In this document: in pieces, positions 1 to 13,100 of the stretch
Layout: each line of letters opens with the position of its first letter
How positions within the stretch are numbered: position 1 is the stretch's first letter
NCBI GenBank assembly: GCA_002633005.1
Contig: NMRA01000431.1
Span: 338,956 to 391,971 of the forward strand
DNA: 53,016 nucleotides
DNA from: Phoronis australis
Taxonomy: Eukaryota; Animalia; Phoronida
Direction: 5' to 3'
Program-made: the position numbers and the translations under genes
The notes under the pieces: generated by a model
The model's database searches: none
Seen by the model: only the letters and a program-made list of their open reading frames with translations
Told to the model about the DNA's origin: nothing

Positions 1-109
1 AAAAAGTGCATTAGTAAAATCAACAAGTTTTTAAGTGGTCTCAAAAAAACAGTCGGTAAATGCATTAATTTTAGTCTCAGTTCTTCCACGCGTGTTTCTC
101 CCGAGAGGT

Positions 110-460
110 TAGTACCTAACGTGCAGACGAGCGTTCCAAATTGGAACGCTAAGTCCCGCGTGGCAGCGCTGCACGCGAAACAAGATGGCGGACGACCTTT
201 GGAGACTGACGACGAGAGGTAATCGGACTATACATCGCAGAGCCAACGACGGACGGCCGAGGTGCATGCAAAATCTGAGAGACAATTCGGACACTCACCT
301 TGCCCGTTCAGTGCCAGTCGTTTAAGGGAAGAAAAATCTAATAAACGTCATTTTCTAGCATTACTCTCCGCCTTTTGAGTTTTGTAATAAGAAAGTCTGT
401 TGTCGTTTTGAAAACAGTACGCTCGTGACACGCGCACGCGCCGTACTAAAATTTTGCGAC
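110..460. promoter_or_regulatory. CpG-rich, promoter/first-exon-like region
   Basis: Local CpG density. YY1-like caagatggcgg at 181-191 with a possible plus-strand mini-exon MADDLWRLTTR|gtaatc (185-218). Consensus minus-strand donor AG|gtgagt at 298. Confidence 0.3.
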
Positions 461-887
461 TACTTTTGGGACATGATAACAGCTTCGCAGCTGTAAAGTT
501 TGTTCTAAATTCGGTTTGCTGGTCTTAAAAATGCTAATTACTTGTAACAAAATGAGACCAGTTCCGACAATTTGTTGTGACAGTACGCAACCTCGTGGCA
601 GCAAAGAACAGTTGATAGAAGAATAAACCGGGGGAAAAGAAACTATTCAGGTCAGGTGACGTAATCGCCAAACGCCGACTCCCAATAGCGCACTTCAACT
701 TTAGCAGTAGATGAGCGGTAGAACGATAGTTCTTCCAAAACCGGTGAATAATTTGGTTTACTCAAAGAGCGATACAGTTTTTAATGACACTATTTCTGCG
801 TCAGATTTTATTTAGTCCTTTTTACCCACATCGACGCGGAGCTGAAGATTTTGTATACAGCTTTGCACCAAGCCTAAATCAGCCTCC

Positions 888-1028
888 CGTTCAGTAACGC
901 TAGGACCTCGCTAAAAAGCAAGACTTCGAGAGATTACGTGAGATATTGCCGTGTATTTTAAATGAGAACACGTGACTGTGACTAGGTTTTAGCTAGGTCC
1001 TAGCGTAGGTCCTAGCGTCTACTGAACG
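888..1028. mobile_element. Short MITE-like element
   Basis: Inverted ends cgttcagta-acgctaggacct and aggtcctagcgtctactgaacg, with a tandem taggtcctagcg duplication inside. Confidence 0.6.
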
Positions 1029-4000
1029 CACGCCCGATCTTGCCGATCGGGAAAGTTTGTCCCCAGGCCTTGTCGTGGATTTATTCTGGGGCAATCTAAG
1101 GGGCTACGAATTTTGAGCGGTGTAATTTGCGTGGCAATTAATTACTTTCCGTGGTATGTATGAAGCAAAGAACAATATTTTTTATGAAAAATACACACAT
1201 TTCTGGTGTCAAAAAGGTGTTTTAGCCGCTGGACGCTGTCTTTAAACTGTGGTTGATCAGGTTGAAACTTTGGGATAGTTCCAGAAAGTGACGATGGTTA
1301 TTTCATGGTCACGTGACCGTACCGGCAATAACCCAAAGGGTCACCTGACACGGTTATTGCACGGCCGTATCAAAACGCATGTCCAATAATACGCTGAAAC
1401 TACGCTCCGCGGTCAGAGCAGTCGTCTCATACTGCGTAGTTACTGGTATTGATTCCGTCCTACTACTTCTTTCTGTAAAATTATTTTTCTCGCCGAGATG
1501 CTTTCGTTCCGGAAAACTTATTGCTTACATGAAGGAGAATAAACATTGAAATAGCGGCAGCAATGGACCAAATGAAATCGAAACCGGCTTGATATAAACT
1601 TGAACTACACTTTTAGACGTGCGAATATTTGTAAACTGTAAACTTGATTCAAGAATTTAGAATTGTCGCTAGCCTGTAGCAGAAATATAACTGTGGGAGT
1701 TACGTTTGTCTGGAATCTTGTGTGTATAAGTCGATTTCATAAATAAAACGATAAAAGAACCTAAATGTTTTCATTGCAATACATTTCTATTGCTTGAAAA
1801 TGTAAAATCTGTTTTTTTTGCTGTTTTCGCGTAGCAATGTTGTTCACCACCAATGAGCCACTCGTTGGCCAATTGGAGATCGCTGCCGTCATTTCTTAAA
1901 ACTTTCATTTCCAGTATATTTAAGAAGTTTACATCTTAAATTTCACTTATTATAAAACAAGAATACTCCTGGGTTATTGTATATAATCCGACTGCACTTG
2001 ATATTTGTAAAAGTGTCAAACCCACTAATCATTTCTTCTCAAAGTTTCAAAAGCGACTTTTCGTGCTGCACTGTTTAGGAATTCGAATGTAACATACCAG
2101 AGGTAGAAAGTAGACGGGCCTTTAGTCTTAGGGTTAGGGCAACTGTCTCTCTAGCTTAGGGTTTGAGTTACACTAATCTCAAGTTAGTTTTAGGGTTATC
2201 CTTAAGAGAATGTGGTAAGGGATAGCGTTAGGGTTAAGGATAGTGTTAGCGTATGGGACTATTTTGTAACAGTATTGAATAGTGTCCAGTTATCTACAGT
2301 AAAGGTCACTCTGATGGAAAATAGCTGTTATTGCCATAGCACACTGACAAACCGAAAACAGTGATTCAATCAGAGAAAAGAAAATAATAAACAGCATCTT
2401 TATGCATTTTTGGATTCAACATTGAGATAGGATTCGGAAAATATCAATACTAAATGCCCTTCATTTTGGAGTCGGATTGTAAAAATAGATTGCAGGGGTA
2501 TGATGTGTTGCATCGGACTTGCGCAGGCCTCATGGTTGGACCCACTACATGACACCCCTGAACTGGTCAGATTATTAACAACAACCCATCTTTGGGACTA
2601 GATGTATAGTACTAATTGGCTTCTTCTTGGGTATTACTGTTGTTCAGCATTTCATTTACCATTTTGTAATTGGTAACACCAGCGTATAGAGGTCACATGA
2701 AGGCTTTTAACACCGTTAAGTTCACCACCGTGAATTAACTAGCAATTTCTTGTCATATTACTCGAATTTTAAATATAGATTATTACATGGCGAAGTCGTT
2801 ATCCCCCGTATTCTAGAGCCCGAGCCGAGTGCATTTTGGAGAATTATCGCCCGAGTCGGCGACTCGCACCTGTTGAGGCCCGGGTTCGAATCCGGCCTCG
2901 GTTTCCCGCCAAAATGTTATCTCACTAGGAACATCTAGAGCATGTCAGCTATTTTCTTACAAATTTTTCTTTGAAACACTTCAGGTATTTTCGTAACCTA
3001 AAATATCATCTCGAAGATGAACGTTATCCAAAATATGGCAAGTCACGTGATTTTCAGTCTTGAGAATAATAGGCTAACTGAAGTCCGCACACATGCAGGA
3101 AGCGTTCACCTATTAGTGAAATTTGAGGTTACGAAAACACCCGAGGTGTTCTGGATGCCCTTGGAAGTAAATGTTTTCAGTGCAGGCTCGAAATTTGGTC
3201 ATTATGGCCAATCATTCTCCACTAAGCTTGAAAGTCACGCAGGTTAAATTCACCTTAGGAGAAATTTAATGCTCCGAATATACCCAAGATGATCTGAATG
3301 GCTTAGGACCCTCAAGCTGTGCGGGGTCCCACCTCAAAGAGGGACATGGGAAGCAAAAATTATGGGGAGGCAGCAAGGGGGCCATGACTCTGCCTAAAAT
3401 TCTCCCAAATTCCATTTGGCAGTTTGGGAGTGTGAATGTCTGACGGTCAAAATACTCTGCCCTTGCCCCTGCCCCCTCCCCCCAACTCATAGTCCTGGAT
3501 GCGCCCCTGCAAGAGACGTTTTCAATTCATATAAAGCGTTCAAATACTGAACCTGAAAAAGCCAAGTGAAAAGAGTGAAGCCATTGTTAATTCAGATTTA
3601 TTTTCATAATAAGGAATCGATAATTACGTGAATTTCAGCTCAGTTTGTTGGTAAAATAACAACAGCTACCGCACCAGAGAGTTTGACCGCAAACGCAACC
3701 CAAAAATAACTTTTACTCTCGCGACACCTAGCGACCTGATAACGTATTACCGGATATGAGCATGCGCACGTCAACTTCCTGGTTAAAAATTGCCAGCTGA
3801 CAGCCAATGAAAACCATCGTTCTAGTGCCCTGTACCTGGGCCTTCACAAGTTATCCGTGACGTCATCTTGTGAGGTCCGGGAACCAGGTTAACGACTTAG
3901 TACTACTTGCGCCATCTACGGGTAGTCCGCTGTGAGCCGTATTTAATTAGTCATGACATAAAATTCAATTGTCCTAAACCTGCTATGATTTGCTTGAGAT

Positions 4001-5287
4001 CCGGGTCACTTATGCATGCTACTTTAACGCATTTTCTGCTAAATGGTTCAGAAATTTAGCCGAGTGATGATGCATGCTACTGGTTGGGCATCGTAGGCAG
4101 TTGCATGCGCGTACTAACTGTGTCATTAGAAATTTTCAGATGTGTTCACTTCAGGTTAAACTTAAAATCTTCTATACCTTTTGTTCACGTATGTACTCTG
4201 TCCATTTGTGCTGGAAATTTAAATTCGAAACAATCAAGTTTTACGTATTTTGCCATAACATATTTAATCGGTTTCTTGGATTTTCAAAATTGGAGAGCAC
4301 ACTGTTTAGTTTGTTCCGTTTTTGACTTGCAGTCATGCAAAGCTGACATTGCAAAAGTTATGATCGGTTTCCTACGTCACACCTTTTTGATTCTGGCAAT
4401 CCCCTTGTTGTTGCTGTTCATGAATGTGTATTTCAAATTTCGAATCCTGTACTAGTTACGTTCATTGTATACTACACTCACGGAGTCTATAATTTCCTCA
4501 ATTTTAGCTCATTTTTCTAGAGTCAACATCTTTTAGCCTGAGTTATATAATCTTCATTAGCATATTTCATTTTTGTATTTCGGATATGAACAACTGTATG
4601 ATGAACAGAGTCTGGAATAAACCATAATCTAATCTATTGTATTCTGAAAAAACATTGAAAGACACCTTACGGCAAAAACTGGAACTAAGAACCGAATCTT
4701 AATGAGCCTTGGTGTAACGAAGTATCGATGTTGAAATCGGTCGTTCTCGCATCGCGTTTCGAGTGCAATTCGTTTGTCATCAATACACTGATGTTACTTG
4801 TCACATAATGCAAAATGATGAAAATGGAAACTTGTTGAAATGCCTCCTCGATTGGCCAACGTGTGACTCATTGCTGTGGTAAACATCATTCTTACAAAAA
4901 CACAAAACAAAAAAGATTTTACACTTCAACCAAAAATGTTGTTGTAATGATTACCTAGAAATTTTATTAACATTATATTTGTTTAGTGGAATTTTACGCG
5001 CATGATTTCAGATAAACGCGCGCCTACAGTAGATGTCGTCTGCTACAACTGGCAAGCGACAGGTCAACTGTATTCTGTCACTGTGATTGTGGTCCGATAT
5101 TACACATTCGTTCTCGTTCCCCAACGCAATAAGTTTCCCGGGACGAATTGCAATTCCGACGTGACAGAGGAGAAACTTTACCCACTGTCGAGTTCCTAGA
5201 GAACTTGTCGCTACCGCGTAACGCAGCTGCAGTAGATTAAGTAAATGCGCATCTTCATAAGTCAGTTGTATATGTATGATACGTACA

Positions 5288-7185
5288 AAAATAAAACTGA
5301 TCAATTTATCATTGAAAACATCAACCATACCATCAGAGTGGGAATCCGCCGCTGATACTCCACTTTTCAAAGACGGTGACAAATCATGCTGCAAAAATTA
5401 CAGACCAATTTCAATTCTGTCATCTATATCAAAAATCCTTGAAAATGGGTCCACAAACAACTTCATTCTTACTTCCAAACTAACAACCTCTTGACTGATA
5501 GCCCAGTCTGGTTTTCGACCACTCCATTCAACATTAACTACCACCATTGACGTCACTGACCATATTTATTCTAATATGGATCAAGGATTATTGACTGGTG
5601 CTGTTTTTATTGATCTAAAGAAAGCATTTGACACCATCGACCACACTATCTTGCTAAAGAAGCTTAAAACTTATGGGGTCACCCGTGTCGGCAAAGATAT
5701 CTCTGATCTCAAAACCGTTAAAACAGGTGTTCCCCAGGGGTCTATACTGGGGCCCTTGCTATTTTGCAGTTTTGTCAATGATCTCCCCTCAGTAATTCAA
5801 AATTCTAAGATTGTTCTCTATGCGAATGACACAGCAATACTGTCTGCAGGCAGAACCTCATCTGAAATCCAGGCCAGTCTCAACTCTGGTTTATTGATCA
5901 TTTCAGATTGGCTTGTATCCAATAAACTATCCTTAAATGTTTCTAAAACTAAAACTCTTCTATTTGGCACATCCCAAAGACATAGAAACCAAACCCTGTC
6001 ATTAACTATGGATGGAAGACCAATTGAGAACGTCAATTCCTTTAAATATCTGGGACTTATATATGATCAAAATCTTAAATTCACTCACCAAGTTGATTAT
6101 AACTCGAAAAAGGTGTCTAAGAAAATTGGCGCATTGAAACGCATCAGTAAATTTGTTAACAGAGCAACACTGAAAACCTTTTTTATATGCGCTAACTGCG
6201 AAGCGATACCGAAGCTAGTTTACAGTGAAACAACACATGTAGTTGAGATAAAAGGTCATATATATTATGACAAACTAAACTACTACAGATATCAGTAATT
6301 ACAAAAGTTATATAACATGTTGCACTGTAAAGGTGGGTGACAATCTGCCAATGGTATTATTCAACCTCACCTACATTATTGCCTCCCGGTGTGGGATGTT
6401 GCATCAGGCAAGGATACGAAAACCATCCAGGTTATCCAAAATAGGGCTGCCCGGATTATTCTGAGAGCTGGTGTTAGAGATATTAACATCGAAAACCTTC
6501 ATAAAGAGACTGGTATAATGAAAATTCACACAAGACATCAATTCCTATCTGCTTGTTGTATGTACAAATGTTTTAAAAGTCTTGTCCCATCTTACTTATG
6601 TGCTAAGTTTAAGATGACTACTAATCGCTACAATACTAGGTCCTCATCATCATCTGATTTCAATGTTCCTAGACGCAGAAGCGAAACTGGGAAAAAATCA
6701 TTTTCCTACAGCGGGCCCTTTTTATGGAACTCTCTCCCTGCAGATGCCAAATCTACATCATCCTTTCTAAATTAAAAGAATTATAAGAAATAGATTTAAC
6801 TTCATGTAGTGTCTAAGAATTGCATGTTTATTCATTTGCTATTTATATAATGTCTTACTTTTATTAATTATTTATTGTCTGTTTTATTTTTTCATATTTA
6901 TATTTATATCTGTATTTATTTTTTAGTTAATTATCTTGTCTTAATTTCTTTATCTTCTATTTATCATATTTTATTTTTTATTTTGCTTCATCAGTCTTTC
7001 CGTGTTAATTTCTTATTCTTTGCTTATTACTTAAATTTGTCTTTCATTTTGTAATTCTGTTTTTGTCTTACTATCTGTTTGTTTTTTACTGAGGGCCCCC
7101 ATGGAATGCAGTGTGACCTGATGGGGCTACCCTCATTGTAAATATTACATTAATAAAACAATAAAATAAGAATAAAACAACAATA
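5288..7185 (+). mobile_element. 5'-truncated CR1/L2-group (Crack-like) LINE: degraded reverse transcriptase plus 3' UTR and A-rich tail
   Basis: Motifs PLFKDGDK..NYRPISIL, QSGFRPLHST, FIDLKKAFDTIDH, GVPQGSILGPLLF, LYAND (YADD mutated), FKYLG, IQNRAARII and SFSYSGPFLWNSLP. Contains frameshifts. T-rich 3' UTR, a gggcccccatgg...gatggggctaccctc end, then an (aataa)-type tail. Confidence 0.92.
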
Positions 7186-10100
7186 ATGGATCAGTTGAAA
7201 TTTTCGGATATAATCACATCCTTTCTCAGCAGGAACAGAAATAAAGTAAAATCAAGGACGATATGGCTAATGACATCTGAAATGCAATCCCAAACTCAGT
7301 TCTACGGTAGCACGCTCGTGCGCGCGCGTGATTGTGTGTGTACATGTGAGGTTGGAGCATTATTTTTGGGTAGCTTGCTATGCTCTCATTGATGACAGGT
7401 ATTTTCACGGATACGCCGATGGTGTCAGCAACAGACAAGGTACGAACGACGATGAGTTTACACAACCAAGACATGATACGGTACTTCAGCTACTGAAGTC
7501 GGACGAAGGCTGGCTACTCCGGCAATATGAAAGGCACATACACACCATAGCAGCTCAGCGTACACAGATTATGTAGAGCGTGTGGCACTGATGGAGAATT
7601 AATCCCGAGAAATTTGGCTTGAACACGTCGTCTACTCAAACGTGCGTGGATGTAACGGTCTGTGTGATGCAAGGATAATGGCGACAGGTAGCAAAGGCTC
7701 TACGCGAGAACCAGGTGCCTTGATGAGTACGCAACTGAACGTTGGGAACCCACCTAGATGAAGTTTGCCGTCTCGTTAGAAATGAAGTGCAGGTATTCCA
7801 CGATTCGTGGCAGATCCATCTGTAGCTATCAGCTGAGAGTAAGAGACGTTAGGGTAGTGTTAGGCTTCGACTTCACTTAGTGCTCCTTTTGTCGATCGGA
7901 ACGAAGTTAAAAGATTTTCCGAATGACCAAGAGAAAGACTCACCTGCGATGACGAACGCACATGGGTTTGATAGAATAGTATACACATGAAGCACACGGC
8001 GGAGCATCTTTGCAACAATGTATGATCGCAGACAGAATAAAGTTGAAGCAAGGTCTGTATCACGCGACTCATCCCTTCGCTTGACAATAATATGTGTCGG
8101 CGTTCACTGTATACATGTTGCATCGGCACACACTGCCGCCTCAGGGGGCGACAATATATGTCACATTGTGATTGCAAATTGTCGCCCCCCTAAACCCTGT
8201 ACGTTTTAGAGATGTTACGCAGCTTTTTGCGCGTAGGCTTACGCGATACTATGTGTAGGCCTACGTGAAGGCATGGGCAAATGAAAACTTTGACGAAGAT
8301 TTCTGCCGATAGATGACGTGAATGTGACAGGGAGTCGGAATGCGGATCCAAAGTTCGAATAAGGGGTCTACCGAAAGTTGGGGGAGAAAACTACGTCTCT
8401 AGTAACCCAAATTTTCCGTTTGCGAAATCAACGTTACCCCAAACCAGGCAGGGTTGTCACCGTCACCAGCTGTCTCCCAGGTCTTCTCCCCTTTCAACTG
8501 CACACAGCATCGTTTTGGGTTTTCTTATAATTTCCTGGGCCTCCGTCTGACTCAGGTTCCCCCAATATGCTAAAACCATTGTGAACACAGTTAGGGAGAA
8601 ACAATGTGTGCCGATTTTGATTGCTTATATTATCGCACTGGACATTTTCTGTCGCCTGGGCGACAACATATTTGTGTCGACTGGGGATGTTAACGACCTA
8701 CATTGTTGCACGCAGTGTATATGCTCATGTTTACGACATTATTGCTGTGACTACAATTTGTGTGGAGTACGACAATAACTGTCACAACAAAGTCTAAAAT
8801 AAAGAGAGTACAAGCTAGTCCTCCAAATATATTGAGACCAAGTCACCCAAGTACGACACTGGCAGACTAGGGACAGATACATGTTTTCCAAGTCGAAAAC
8901 TATACGCCGTTTCGTCGCAAAAGAGTTAATAAACGTCCCCGCTGTCCGGCTGTCCAGGGCATCCAGCGAGTGCATCCGCTAACGTACATCAGTCATCTAT
9001 CATCAAAACACAGCCTTCCTGGATCAGCTTGTCGAGAACACGTGACACCAAGTTTCCAAGCACATCTCCAATCCAAGCATGTCCATGCAGGTATACCTTT
9101 GAAGAAATCCGCAGCACTTCATGGAGGAATTAGAGGTATCTGACTGGAGAAGACCAAGCACAATTAAGAAGTCTCTTCTTAACAATATCTTGGAGAGCGT
9201 CATTAACACCTGACAAAGGGATAGATGTGACTTGCTGCAGTGCGCGACCTCTTCAAAGAAAGCTACCACCACTGGTTTTCCTGAGTAGAGCCCAGAAGCT
9301 GTCTCACGGCCAGAAGAATCGAGCCAAAATCACATACTCTCACTGATAATGCACTGCAATGTCTCTCGTACTCTCGCGAAGTCTTGCTTTTCTCGAGAGG
9401 TCCTTGCATCTACTTAGGCGTCCAAGTATTCGACCGTAACACCTCGGATATTTTCTTAGCCTGGTATGTGCGAACCTCAATCACTACAGCAAAGGGATTT
9501 GATCACTTATTGTCACAAGCAAGTGCCCTTAGTATGTGTGCTTGTCTTAAACTTGGTGTTTTTCTGTGATTTTGCCAATTCTAAGTCCGTTTGATCGAAC
9601 GGTCAAATTTAAATTGAAAGCAGATCAACGAATATAATTTTGTAATGGAGGTCAAATTTAACTACCGTGATATTTTGAAAAGTGTATTCCTTGGTATTAC
9701 TCAAGTTTTTCATGCACTTAGTTTCCTATACAGGCACAGTTTCCCATATAGTCATATAGGTCTGAATACACACATAAATGGTATGCGTTTGTATAAGCAA
9801 CATCCAGGTTCATGGCAGTACCTTTGTCGTTCACTTTATCAGATCCATCTATTTTAATTTAGGAAACAGTAACAGTAATGAGTGTACACTCCTTGGTAAT
9901 AGTAATGAAAAGACTTGGAATGGCTTGCGTCTGCTTCAACTAGTAAAAATTCTCGGATATTCTCATCTCTTCAAGCGATTGTGCTTCCCCATGGCCTTGT
10001 AAACCTAGAATACCCAAAACGCTGAATAGATTCTAAATTAATCCAGATTCGGATGAGTTAATTACATTTGCTACTGTAATGACAACCATTTGCAACGTGC

Positions 10101-13100
10101 TAATAACAATGCTTTATGTGTGTGATATCAAGGGGACTCAGGCTTGTCAGCGAATTACTCAGGTCTCTAGAGAACAATGTTTGAGTACTTCTCAGTGGTC
10201 ATGAATATACTGAAACGATTAAATCAAATCAGTGGCGCTGCTACTGTCGGAAGTTTTATTGTTTCACCGTTACCAACTTACTACATAGTATTGTACTTTT
10301 GAGGAAACAACGTGTCTGTTTAGTTTTCACAACATGGTTTCTATCGCTAGTTTTATCAGGTTGTTCAGCTGGTTGACCTTAATATTGAAGCTTTTGAGCC
10401 AATAATCTTTCCTTATCTAATAGAAACAAAACAACGTTTGTGCATTTCCTTGTTTACAATTGTGAAATAAAAAGTGGCTACATAATCATACATTTCGTCA
10501 TGGTTTAAACATAGCCCCCACTTATTTCAGTGCTGCGCTGCCCAAGCGTAACTCACTGTAGTAAATACATGTAAGCACACTTGCGTCAAGAAATCGTGGC
10601 TTATAGAACGCCAGTTTATGTTCAGTTTTCTAATTCCCGACATTCAACCTTCACCGGCCAATCACTTCAGTTACGGTCATTTTGCCAGTGTACAACTGTA
10701 AGCTAGCGAGGTTGCACTAGCCTCATCGTGATCTCACCAAACTTGACACCAGCGAGTTTTTTCAACGACTAGAGAACGTCGTCTGTTGGAACTACACCAT
10801 TTAAACCTCTAGAAAGTATCAAGTGTGTCAAAAAGGTATCACTGATTTCACCAACACGTCCTTTCTTTTTGATAACAGAAATTAATTGCTATCAGATCTT
10901 GGCAAAGGTCGTTTCGAGACACGTTTTGTGACGTATAATTTCGTAGTTTCAGTGCTATTTCGTAAACGAAACCTAAAGCCAACTTTCTGAAACAGCAAAC
11001 AACTATGCACCATTCACAGTGTGATTTTCAATTTTAACTTTTTTTTTAAATCAGAGGAGAAAAATGTTTTAGAATTGTATCAAATTATCAGTAATTTCTG
11101 ATGAACACATACTTGTATGAATTATGTTCATAATCTAAAAAAATGGAAATTACGAGCAAACAGGTACAGAGCAAAGAAATGTATATAGCAAACCCAAAGT
11201 GGCCTACATTTCGCCCACGTTGCCTAATTCATCACGTCTAGTGTGTCCAGCAGCGCAACAATAACTCATTGCTGGCGCTGGGCGGACGAACAAATATTAC
11301 AAATCAAAGATGTAACAACACGTGAAGTCCAAATGTCCCTAGAAACGAGGGTGAAAAAAGCCGCGGTTGTGAAGCCCTTTGAGGAGGTCAGATAAAGTCT
11401 TGAATAAGGGAATAATCAATAATCAATATCGAAGACGTTAGAAAAATGAGGTATCCATGGCATTGAAAAAGCTTGGTCCTTGTGGCTGAAGAAAACGAAA
11501 AGTTACTGGACATTTGATTTGAAAATATATCAATGGCATGTTACGCTTCTAATGAACTTTCAAATTCCACGAGATGCTACCGACCGCAATTGTACTAGTA
11601 GAGATTACACCTGGCTTGCATTTTCATAAACTGGATTAGAACTAATTGAAAATATTTACAGCTGTTTAAATTTCACGTTTAATCAGCATTCATGTAGTCA
11701 CATTTACGCCCGCTACATGTAACAAACCCAACAATTGACGCGCTTTCAATGACAAGGATATACTCTTTACAAGCTGGAAGGCAGATGAATGAGGAGTAAA
11801 AAAAGCATGGACAGTGTAAAGCGCCATTGTTCTATCCAAATAATACATTTTTCAACTTACCTTTACCAAACGACACTAATTTTCGTGTTATCTTGCAATT
11901 CTTGCTCCACAAGAACGTAGCTGCGTGCTGGCTGCATATCAAAGAACATTAATATGTATGGTACACTCAACACTACAAGACAGTGAAACGCTCTCGAAGA
12001 ATAGATTTTTCGTCATTGCTGGCTGATGCGTCTTAATAATTTCTAAGCTCTATTCAAGTGCAGCGGATTCATAATCGATTAATTGGTAACAAGGAAAGAT
12101 ATAATAACATTTCTTCAAAAAGTTTCATCAATTATTTATTCGCCGAAGGAGATACATTCCTTGAACAATTCGATTTCCAAGGAAAATGAGTGCCAATATC
12201 GCCCCGGGGATGCTTGACCCAATTTCAAACAGGAGCTTGCCGGTCATTATTTGGAATTCCTGCGCCATCATGCATTTTTTCACATAATCGGCCTTGTGGT
12301 GTTTTCCATTTATTTCCCAACCTTTCCTTTGACCCTGCGTGCATATGCCCTCTGAAATGTCCTCGAAGTTTTGTTTTGATGTTTTTATCACAAACCATTG
12401 CATTTTGTAAACGTAAAAAGTCCCTGTTTGAAATTGCACACTTCCATGAAGTTCGAATTAAAAAATTTGGCTAATTCTGAAAATTGGGAGACCTTTTCAG
12501 ACATCAAATGCTTATATAAATATCTAGCAACACAAAAATGAAGTTGCCCCCTACTTGATCAAGGGATGAACATGCCGGAACTATCACTAACGGCCTAGAA
12601 CGAGAAACCCTTTAGGTATAGCACTGAACAGCGGCCACGGGGCATTTTGTAGTCCCTAGAATTTATGTAAAAGGTGTGTGTCAGGTTTTGCTACCGTTTT
12701 GTGTAATGCGTTGAAAATAATTTCAAGGAAACTGATTTGCTTGTGCTTTTGAATGAGAAAAGTCAAGTTTTTGAGCCGTGACCTACTTTTGATGCAAAAT
12801 GGAGGCTGCAGTTTGCTTTCAACAGCTGTCGCCTGCTGTCTGAGAAACCGAGTGTGATTTTAGGTGGCTGTCAAAAAATCAAAATTGCCAACTGAAGAAG
12901 GCAACTGGTAAGGGGCGCAGTATGACCACATTTTCAGAATTAGGAATGCTCACAACAAAACTCTCTTTCAGACTCTTGATTAAGACGTGAGGAAAAGATT
13001 CATTTCTACTTAGGTGTTGGTGGGCAGCCAAAACCCTGTAATAACTGTAGGGTGCATCCCCCCCTTATGAAACTATGCCCATAATTCAGCAGTCTAGACT

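Noticed and set aside
2855-2910. tRNA gene (ggttcgaatcc)
   Set aside because: Only a B-box/T-arm is recognisable and there is no complete cloverleaf. It is probably a SINE relic, as is the weaker match at about 1400-1465.
5576-6298. RT ORF as a retron, DGR or group II intron, or as an active or domesticated RT
   Set aside because: The motifs are CR1/L2 LINE-type, the catalytic YADD is mutated, and the copy has a deletion and an insertion.
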